Source of the DNA: Moraxella nasicaprae
Lineage (GTDB): Bacteria; Pseudomonadota; Gammaproteobacteria; Pseudomonadales; Moraxellaceae
DNA length: 32,000 bases
Reading direction: 5' to 3'
Assembly (NCBI RefSeq): GCF_025643275.1
Contig: NZ_CP089977.1
Location: forward strand, 1,710,001 to 1,742,000
Of this stretch, positions 17,937 through 25,100 are shown one piece after another. Both the position numbers and the translations under genes were made by a program. The notes beneath the pieces were generated by a model. That model saw nothing but the letters and a program-made list of their open reading frames with translations. It was not told where the DNA came from and made no database searches. The stretch's first letter is position 1. Each line of letters begins with the position of its first letter.

Positions 17937-18075
17937 CTATCCAAGTCTATACTGTCTTTTTGTGCTAAAATTAGCAGATTCTTGGTAGGGCGGAAAACCT
18001 TGCTTACCGATACGAATTTCGGCATAATTAGCGACTGATACCGTCTTTATTTTTGCGTGTGCGAATGCCACCCAT
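17937..18075 (-). pseudogene. tyrosine-integrase N-terminal remnant (frameshifted, truncated)
   Basis: Minus-strand ATG 18075 gives MGGIRTRKNKDGISR*. Skipping one A at 18039 continues as SVANYAEIRIGKQGFPPYQESANFSTKRQ... to TAG at 17939-17937. The pattern MG.IRkR.nKDGs..Y.a.IRi...G...q.s.tFstK is typical of phage integrase N-termini. No catalytic domain follows. Confidence 0.45.
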
Positions 18076-18101
18076 TTTGATGACCTTTGATGATAATTTT
18101 A

Positions 18102-18340
18102 CGCAAATTTTCCGTAAAAACTACAAAAATAATCAAAAACCCGCTAAAATCATCCAAAGTAATTTAAAATCGAAACCTTATAAAAGGCTTATATATCAAT
18201 GCTTTCCCTACAAAATCATTTAAAATCAAATACTAAAAGAATATCCATTACCCCCATGATTGATTGGATATTTGATTTATAAAATATTTTATAAATCAAT
18301 AACTTATTTTATTTTAAAATAAAATTTCCGCAAATTTTCC
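18102..18340. repeat. AT-rich region with bracketing direct repeats, two perfect palindromes and AAAATC(A/G) iterons
   Basis: cgcaaattttcc occurs at 18102-18113 and 18329-18340. A 28-bp palindrome ttgatttataaaatattttataaatcaa lies at 18272-18299. A 20-bp palindrome attttattttaaaataaaat lies at 18306-18325. Four AAAATC(A/G) copies lie between about 18145 and 18230. Confidence 0.55.
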
Positions 18341-18380
18341 ACAAAAAATAACCCCAACTAAGCATTTTGCCTAGTTGGGG
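18341..18380 (-). terminator. Rho-independent terminator of the 18400..19122 ORF
   Basis: ccccaacta (18352-18360) pairs with tagttgggg (18372-18380), a 9-bp stem. The minus strand continues with ttattttttgt. Confidence 0.75.
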
Positions 18381-18399
18381 TTAATGGTGTTATGCCAAT

Positions 18400-19122
18400 T
18401 TAGGCATTTTCATACGCCCGAGCGAGCTTATTATGATAATCAAACTTGGCATAAGCCACGCCATTATACACTTTGGCAATCGCTTGCCAGTCTTTGCGTT
18501 TCATCGCACCGCCAAGCCCTGCCGACTTTAAAAAGCCAATCGTTGCTTGCAATTGGGCTTTTTCGCTGTCATACATGGCATTGATAAAGCCTTGTAAGTT
18601 GTCAAATCCTGCCAGCTTGTGATTAAAGACCATAATCTGCCCCAGTCCCCACGAACACGCCTTTAACGCACATTCACGCACTTTGGCTTGCAAATTTTCG
18701 TCCGCATCTGGTCGCACCTTTAACAATAAATCTTGGGCATTTTGCAATCTTTGATGTTGAATGTTCTCGCCCCCTCGTTGACTGGCAGCACCTGTGTTGG
18801 GAATTTCAGGTTTTGGCATCAAAAATGCCACGGCAAGCGACACGTCCACAGAGATAGCCACCACCGCCAAAAGCGGTAAGGCGGCAGATGGATAGGTCAC
18901 CAAATAAAACCGCCCAGTTAGGCGGTTTAGATGGTCAATATCAGCATCAGACTTGGGCGTAACATCGCACGCACTGTCCCACTTGTCATGATACAGATAG
19001 GTGTTAAGCGGTAAGCCTTTAGGGTAGATTCTTTGGACGATTTCAAAAAGATTATCGCCAACAAAATCTGTCTGCTTGTCAGGCTCAAAGGCGTTATTGA
19101 TGACGGTTACAATCAAGCTCAT
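18400..19122 (-). CDS. chimeric ORF: lambda gpI-like tail assembly N-terminus fused to the C-terminal part of an N-acetylmuramidase (endolysin) domain
   Basis: The N-terminal ~115 aa (…RFYLVTYPSAALPLLAVVAISVDVSLAVAFLMPKPEIPN) have gpI-like layout: a ubiquitin-like part, a hydrophobic stretch, then LAPKxxxP. The C-terminal ~100 aa, CSWGLGQIMVFNHKLAGF...MYDSEKAQLQATIGFLKS...KDWQAIAKVYNGVAYAKFDYHNKLARAYE, match the SWGLFQIMGFNH...SE..QL.AF...W..FA..YNGP.Y..N.YD.KLA.AY signature. The N-terminal catalytic half of that domain is absent. Confidence 0.55.
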   Translation of the reverse strand: MSLIVTVINNAFEPDKQTDFVGDNLFEIVQRIYPKGLPLNTYLYHDKWDSACDVTPKSDADIDHLNRLTGRFYLVTYPSAALPLLAVVAISVDVSLAVAFLMPKPEIPNTGAASQRGGENIQHQRLQNAQDLLLKVRPDADENLQAKVRECALKACSWGLGQIMVFNHKLAGFDNLQGFINAMYDSEKAQLQATIGFLKSAGLGGAMKRKDWQAIAKVYNGVAYAKFDYHNKLARAYENA

Positions 19123-19435
19123 AATAGATAATCCTACCGTGTTGTAATTGGGCGATGTGGGGCGGTGTGGCGTGTTGTCCGCTCTCGGTTAAGTGGTGTA
19201 TCAAGCCATCTTGGTAGATGCCAATATGCACCTGTGCTCCGTGCATGACCGCCCATGTGCCATCGGTGGGCGTATCGGTGGGGTAAAAGGCGGATAGGGC
19301 GGAGGGATTGACACGCCTATTCGCCTTATCTGTCAAAAGCTCGCCAACCAATAAGCGTGGGTTGCTACCTGTCAATCTTTCATAAAAATCACAGGCGAAG
19401 TGTAGGCAGTTGTAGGTTTTGTCGTTGTATGTCAT
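19094..19435 (-). CDS. NlpC/P60-like tail tip protein (lambda gpK C-terminal-domain-like), short
   Basis: 113 aa. A Cys motif YNCLHFACDFY and downstream His residues (VHIGIY..LIHH) are arranged like a C40 peptidase. It lies directly upstream of the gpI-like ORF, as in the lambda K-I order. It lacks the MPN/JAB-like N-terminal half of gpK. Confidence 0.45.
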   Translation of the reverse strand: MTYNDKTYNCLHFACDFYERLTGSNPRLLVGELLTDKANRRVNPSALSAFYPTDTPTDGTWAVMHGAQVHIGIYQDGLIHHLTESGQHATPPHIAQLQHGRIIYYELDCNRHQ

Positions 19436-19444
19436 ATTTTATCC

Positions 19445-19480
19445 AATAAAAAACCCACCAACAAGGGTGGGTTTATTTTG
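19445..19480. terminator. bidirectional Rho-independent terminator closing the 61-aa/273-aa operon
   Basis: CCCACC (19454-19459) pairs with GGTGGG (19466-19471). aaaaaa lies on the left and tttatttt on the right, so either strand reads a hairpin followed by a U-run. Confidence 0.75.
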
Positions 19481-19486
19481 TTAATA

Positions 19487-20308
19487 TTAACTGCAGGGTT
19501 TAATCACCCTAAAGATGGCGATGGGTGTAATGCCATAACTGCTAGAAGCTCGACCCATCATTTCTTTTAAAGAGGCTGCCATCGCAAATAATGAATTACG
19601 CCACTCACTATCAGTAGGGATGGTTTCATCGTCATTAGGGATGGCGTCAAGTACACCTAAAACATAGTACTTACCATGCATCAAACTTCCATGTTTTAGG
19701 TTAATATCATGTGGATTACCAACCATCTCATCACGATTTAATGTCATCCATACAGAGCAGCCATCAACAAATAATGTTGCTTCTAGTGCATAAGGTATGG
19801 CTTTAATCAAATCAATTAAATTCTTGTTCTCGTTATTGGCTTGCTGGATTTTCTTGCTTCTGCCTTTAAGAGGTAGCCGATGATCAATTTGGCTGAGAGA
19901 CTCCTGAATCAAAACAGGCCCTATCATATCTTTTATGGTGTTAACATCAGTAATGCTGAGCTTGCCTTGTATTAATACTAACTTTCCTGCCGAATGCTCG
20001 GATAGTTCTCTTTCAATAAACCCCAATTCATCAAGTTTATCAATCATCTCTCGAGGCATGGTAGGGATGGCATCATATAGCTTTTCATTAGCCCTCAGCT
20101 CAGATGAGCCATAAGCGTGCTTGCCATTAAAAGTAGAGGGGATGCCTAAGCTTCCCTCAGTATGCCTAGTATGATTGCTGTTATTATTCTCTTTGATGCT
20201 GGTCAAAGAACCAAATCCAGTTAATTGAGCATAAAAAGATTTGATTTTCGTATTATCCAAATACAAAAAGTCAAAGATTGATTCTATGTTTTGTGATTCT
20301 TGCACCAT
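19487..20308 (-). CDS. hypothetical protein (273 aa), orphan accessory gene
   Basis: A long open frame in a visibly AT-richer segment. The product is MVQESQNIESIFDFLYLDNTKIKSFYAQLTG...GITPIAIFRVIKPCS. I recognise no motifs and see no TM segments. A terminator follows immediately. Confidence 0.7.
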   Translation of the reverse strand: MVQESQNIESIFDFLYLDNTKIKSFYAQLTGFGSLTSIKENNNSNHTRHTEGSLGIPSTFNGKHAYGSSELRANEKLYDAIPTMPREMIDKLDELGFIERELSEHSAGKLVLIQGKLSITDVNTIKDMIGPVLIQESLSQIDHRLPLKGRSKKIQQANNENKNLIDLIKAIPYALEATLFVDGCSVWMTLNRDEMVGNPHDINLKHGSLMHGKYYVLGVLDAIPNDDETIPTDSEWRNSLFAMAASLKEMMGRASSSYGITPIAIFRVIKPCS

Positions 20309-20456
20309 TATTTAAATTCTCTTGCACTTTCTTTCTTTCTTCATTGTATCTTTTGGCTTCTTGATGCATCAATCTACCCAATGTATCAAAAGCGGACTCA
20401 ATCCTTTTTGCGGCATTTTGAGTTGATGGTGTATGATATGCTGTGTGATTATGCAT
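20271..20456 (-). CDS. small helical protein (61 aa), first gene of the orphan operon
   Basis: A strong SD AAGGAGGGG lies about 7 nt upstream of ATG 20456. The product is MHNHTAYHTPSTQNAAKRIESAFDTLGRLMHQEAKRYNEERKKVQENL.... The 3' end overlaps the start of the 273-aa ORF by 38 nt. Confidence 0.5.
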   Translation of the reverse strand: MHNHTAYHTPSTQNAAKRIESAFDTLGRLMHQEAKRYNEERKKVQENLNNGARITKHRINL

Positions 20457-20735
20457 AACTCTACCCCTCCTTTTGGGTCAATAAAAGCCAAGCAAAACGA
20501 CAAATTTCACTTGACTTGTTGTAGAATATTGATGTTCACGGTAGTGCATGAACCAGCATAAAAATGAAAGAATTTCAAGCTAAAACTGACTTGTTAAGGT
20601 ATATTAGCATATCCACATTCTATTTTAAACCCCATGTTGAACAAATAATACGCACGGTTACAAAATTATTCTGTCAGCTCAATAGCAAAAAAGCCAAATA
20701 ATCACAACAATTTTATACAAAATTGCAATAATTAC

Positions 20736-20764
20736 TTGACTTTTAGTGTAGTATTTACTATAAT
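20736..20764 (+). promoter_or_regulatory. near-consensus sigma70 promoter of cassette B
   Basis: TTGACT (20736-20741), a 17-nt spacer, then TATAAT (20759-20764). It shares acTTGnCTTTTA and the heptamer TAGTGTA with the cassette A promoter. Confidence 0.7.
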
Positions 20765-20857
20765 ATGCTTATCAAGACAAGGTGCTGCAACACCAAGTCT
20801 TGATAGGTTACCCGCCACCGACCTGCTTGAGTGGTGGCGACCTTAGGAGATAAGACA

Positions 20858-20923
20858 ATGAAAGCAGTCGTAAAGCTAATCATCATTGTTATCCTGCTAC
20901 TACTAAGCAACAACGCTTACTAA
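20858..20923 (+). CDS. small hydrophobic peptide ORF of cassette B (21 aa, type-I-toxin-like)
   Basis: TTAGGAG (20843-20849) lies 8 nt before ATG 20858. The peptide is MKAVVKLIIIVILLLLSNNAY*. It parallels the cassette A peptide N-terminus (M+xxVKxxIIVxLxLL). Confidence 0.5.
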   Translation: MKAVVKLIIIVILLLLSNNAY

Positions 20924-20990
20924 CGGCAGGTAGCCTGTAAAGGCTGGGGCGGTGGGCAAGCACACCGCTTCACTCCTAAAACTTGTGATT

Positions 20991-21019
20991 ATCTTACCAA
21001 GAATGTAAGGATTTGTCAA
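20991..21019 (-). promoter_or_regulatory. candidate antisense promoter of cassette B
   Basis: The minus strand reads TTGACA (21019-21014), a 17-nt spacer, then TAAGAT (20996-20991). The -35 abuts the RHH ATG at 21020. The predicted transcript runs antisense into the peptide ORF region. Confidence 0.45.
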
Positions 21020-21226
21020 ATGCCTAAGATTGTCAAAACGCCCAAAACCAAAGCTCAAATCCAAGCCGATTCTGATGCCAAGCGTGGCGTCAAGGTGGCA
21101 AGTTATAAATTTCCTGTAGAGTTTATTGACGAGCTTGCCAGCTTGTCCGAGCAGACAGGGCTTTCACGCTCTGCTATTATTATGGCAGCGGTACAGCTTT
21201 GGGCAAACTCACAAAAATCCCCTTAA
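21020..21226 (+). CDS. ribbon-helix-helix (CopG-like) protein, cassette B
   Basis: 68 aa: MPKIVKTPKTKAQIQADSDAKRGVKVASYKFPVEFIDELASLSEQTGLSRSAIIMAAVQLW. The beta-strand KVASYKFP is followed by helix, G.SRS and helix, as in classic RHH proteins. The 3' end overlaps the convergent tail gene by 18 nt. Confidence 0.7.
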   Translation: MPKIVKTPKTKAQIQADSDAKRGVKVASYKFPVEFIDELASLSEQTGLSRSAIIMAAVQLWANSQKSP

Positions 21227-21715
21227 AGTCGGATAATCCGCCAAAGTGTATTTAATGCCCGTAGAAGTCTTATTGACCTCTTTGGCTTTGCAAGTAAATA
21301 CCGCTCCTTGTCTTTGAGGGGTGTTGTCGGTGATTTCCAGCCCCAATGCAGACACGATGGGCGAGGATAAATCACTGCTTAGATACACCCGATAATTGAC
21401 CGTGGGGCGTGTGGTGGCGTGTTTACCATTTCTTAGTCGGTCAATCTCATAAGGCATGACATCGCCTACATCGCCAATGCCGATGGTAAATGACTGCTCC
21501 AAGCTATCCGTTGATGATGACGGCTTGATGGTCAAGGGCAGATACTCATAATTGTAGTAAGTGCCGTTTTCGTGCCTTACACGCACGCCATCGGTATGAT
21601 TTCGCACAAAGCGATACGCACGGCTAAAGCTGGGGTGCGTAATCTCAATACACTCCAAGCGAACATCATCATGCCGACCAACGAGCCAGTAGTATTTTTC
21701 TGCATCTGTTGCCAT
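21209..21715 (-). CDS. phage distal tail protein, DUF1833-like (occupies the gpL position)
   Basis: 168 aa. ECIEITHPSFSRAYRFVRN...FTIGIGDVGDVM resembles my recollection of DUF1833. It is the second gene after the tape measure, and its start is coupled to the upstream stop (ATGA-type overlap at 21715). Confidence 0.5.
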   Translation of the reverse strand: MATDAEKYYWLVGRHDDVRLECIEITHPSFSRAYRFVRNHTDGVRVRHENGTYYNYEYLPLTIKPSSSTDSLEQSFTIGIGDVGDVMPYEIDRLRNGKHATTRPTVNYRVYLSSDLSSPIVSALGLEITDNTPQRQGAVFTCKAKEVNKTSTGIKYTLADYPTLRGFL

Positions 21716-22194
21716 TAAGTTCTCCGAATTTTGGGCAAGTCTGCATTCACGAGCTTTTCAAGCTGATTAAAATACGCATCTTGTTCTTCTCTTTTCATCG
21801 AATAAAGCAGGGCGATGAGTTCGTCTTGACCGACATTGACAGGGCGTGGCTTGACAACAAGCGTTAATTTGGCAGTAAAAATCTGGTTGCCCAGCGTGCT
21901 GACATTGATTTGTTCATCTGTGTAACGGCACTCATACCAGTGGTGGTCAATGTCATCTAAGAGCAGATACGCCATAAACGCACGCCCAGCGTTGGCACGC
22001 AAAAAAGAGAGCATATACTGCCACATTGGCCGAGTGCATTTATAGGTTACTGACAGATGATGTACCACGCCTACCTGTGAGCGTCTTTGGCGTGGCATTC
22101 CTGCCTGTGTTTGAGTGCTGACCACGCCAGTACTTAGGGCAAAGCCATAGCCAGAGCGATGCGGCTTTAACATGAACTTAGGCAAATCACTCAT
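21715..22194 (-). CDS. phage distal tail protein (gpM position), family unrecognised
   Basis: 159 aa. It lies immediately downstream of the tape measure, with 4-nt overlaps at both ends. Confidence 0.5.
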   Translation of the reverse strand: MSDLPKFMLKPHRSGYGFALSTGVVSTQTQAGMPRQRRSQVGVVHHLSVTYKCTRPMWQYMLSFLRANAGRAFMAYLLLDDIDHHWYECRYTDEQINVSTLGNQIFTAKLTLVVKPRPVNVGQDELIALLYSMKREEQDAYFNQLEKLVNADLPKIRRT

Positions 22195-25100
22195 AGCTTA
22201 CGCTCCAAATTGTAGTTGTTTTTTAGTGCTTTGTTAAAGCCACTGTAAGGGTCATTGACCTGCTGAGGCAGTTGGCGTGCCAGCTCTTGACCGACAATGA
22301 TGCGAATGTCGCCATTACTGTCGGTGGTCTGCTGTACTTTCTCGCCCGTGTGATTGTGGATAATCACATTGATAGCTTTGCCATTACCCATACTTGCCAA
22401 TTTATCATCTAAGGCTTTGGCGGTGTGCTTAGGTAGCACTCGTTCGCCTTTTTCTAAGTTCCAAGTGCCTGATTTTGGCACGGACATGATACCGTCATGG
22501 GCTTGACCGACAACAGGATTTTTGACCGCTCGAATATTGCTGATGATACTGGCTGTTTGTGCTGCAACACTTGCCATTGCTCCAATGTTCATCGGGAATG
22601 GGTTGGCAGCGGCAAAGGCAATCGCTTGCTGGATTGCCATGATTGAGCGGGCGATTGCGACACCTTTTTCGACGGCAAACATCGCACGATAGACTTTGGA
22701 CTGCTCACCAAACATGGACTTGGTCGCACCAGCCAGACCACTTGCGATGCCTTCTGCTGAGCTTAATGTTAGCTCACGCTTGGCGGCTTCATGGGCGGCT
22801 TTTAGGTCGTATTCCTGTTTGTCGTAGTCAGCATTGATGTCTAGCTGAGCTTGACGAGCTTGGCGGATAATGTCTAGCTGTTCTTGATACTGTTTATCAA
22901 GACTTGCCATGCCCGAGATGCCACTTGCCAACGCATTACCAGCACCTTCCAACCCTGTACCGCTAAATGTTGGCAAAGTGAACGCTTTGCCTGCCTTAAG
23001 TCCTTCTTGCAGCTTACCAAACTTATCAGCAATCATGCCTTGATTTTCGATATCTAGCAGGGCTTGCTGTTGCTCTGGACTCATGCCTGACTGTGATAAC
23101 TGCCATTTCTTCTCAGCAAGTGGGTCGCTTGCATTTTTAAGCATATACAGCTTTTTGGCAAGCTCAAGCTGAGCTTCGGCTTGCTTGGTTTCAAATAGCT
23201 TAAGCTGGGCTTGCTCCACCAAGCCGTCTTTGAGTGTTTGCGTGATGTGCAGATACTCTTTTTCGGTGGCGAGCTTGTGCTTGAGTAGGTCAATCTCATT
23301 CTTGCCGATTGCTGACCGCTCGTTAATGACCTTTTTAATATCATTTTCGACAAATTGGCGATTGGCAAGGGCGATATTGGCGTTCTTATAAGTGTCAAAC
23401 ACTTCACGGGTAATGGCAAGATACTTATCCGTGTTTTCGTACTCCCACTCCATAATCTCAATGTTTGACTTGCCGACTAGGGCGATATCTTGCTTGAGTT
23501 TACGCAAGTTGTCGATCATGCTGAGTATGCCACCCAGTCGTTGCTCTTCTTCTTTGAGTGCCAGTAATTGAGCGGTGTCCTGACCTTGATACTTGCCAAA
23601 GGCGATATCAGTGGTCAGCTCGGCAAAGGGATTGCCCGCAATTTTTTGCTGAGTAATAAAGATTGAGCGTGACAGTGACTCCATCTCAGATTCGACAGCT
23701 TTTTTGGTGTTTTCGGCCATCTTTTTGGCTTCATCAGCTGCCATTGGTGCTTTGTAGGCGATGCCAATCGCCATACCTTCCGACACCCATTCACCAATCT
23801 GTTTCATGACTCGAGAAGGGGAGTTGATGTCGAAAAAGCTCGTCACGGCATTCTTCATGCGACTTGCCATCTCACGCACTTTTGCCACAGCACCTTCGAT
23901 TTTGCTGCTGATACCGTTAATCAAACCTTGCACGATTTCAGTGCCCGCTTGACGCAGTCGTCCGCCAATGCTAGTGATGGCACTGACCATCTGACCCATG
24001 GCGTTGCGAGCGATACCGCCAAGCTGTGACAGACCGCTTTGGATAGCGGTTTTGACGCCGTTAATATCGCCACGCACCAATGCCTTGATGGCGTTAAATA
24101 TAGTCGATACAACGGTTTTTACGGCGTTAAAGCCTGCATTAAAGATAATCGCAAAGCCTGTCACACCGGCTGTCAATACTGCCTTGGCACCATTGATACC
24201 TGCTGATACGGCTGCTTTTACACCGTTCCAGACACTTTGAGCCACACTTACCAAGCCATTCCAAGCACTTGAAAAAAAGCTTGCAACGCTTGTGATAATT
24301 GGCTTAATGGCATTGATGGCAGACGCTACAGCAGATTTGACGCTGTTCCAGACGCTTGTTGCGACTGACACAATGCCTTGCCAAGCTGACGATACCGCTG
24401 ATGACAAGCCTTGCCATACCGCCACCACAGCACTAAATGCCGTCTTGGCAACAGCGGTGATGCCAGCCCATGCAGTACTTGCAATGGTTGCAATACCACT
24501 AAAGATACTGCCAATGTTCGCCACCATCTCTTGCACGGGTGCTGGCATACCGCTAAGCCAACCAAAGAATGCTTGCTTAACGCCATCAATGGCGGTACTG
24601 ACAGCGGACTTTACACTTTCCCAAATACCGCCAAACCACTCACCAATACCACTCCACACGCCTTGAATCCATTGCCATGCTTGGCTTGCATACTCAGGAA
24701 TGGCATTCCACACTTCTATCGCTTTGGCTTTGACCATATCCCAGTTGTTATACAGCCAAACGCCTGCCACAACAAGGGCAGCAATCGCCGCAACCACCGC
24801 CACAACAGGCAAACTAATCGCACCGATGGCCGTGCCCACAAGTCCTGCAATGGCAGTCAAACCACCGAGTGCCGTTGTGACAAGCGGCACAGCCAAGCCA
24901 ATTGCACCCAGTGCCGTGCCAAGCACAAGCACACCACCGACAATGCCTGTGATGGCAGTGACCATCGTCGGATTTTCTTGGGCGAATTGCTTGATGCCAT
25001 TGATGACTGGCAATAATGCTTCTGCCAATGCACCAAGTGCAGGCAAAAACGCATCGCCGATGGCGGCTTTGGCGTTTTGCGTAGCGTTCTTAAACATCTC

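Noticed and set aside
20457-20735. Additional small ORFs or a third peptide cassette in the divergent control region
   Set aside because: Only tiny ORFs of 11 codons or fewer without SDs are present, for example ATGAACCAGCATAAAAATGAAAGAATTTCAAGCTAA. Nothing parallels the peptide, SD and anti-SD layout.
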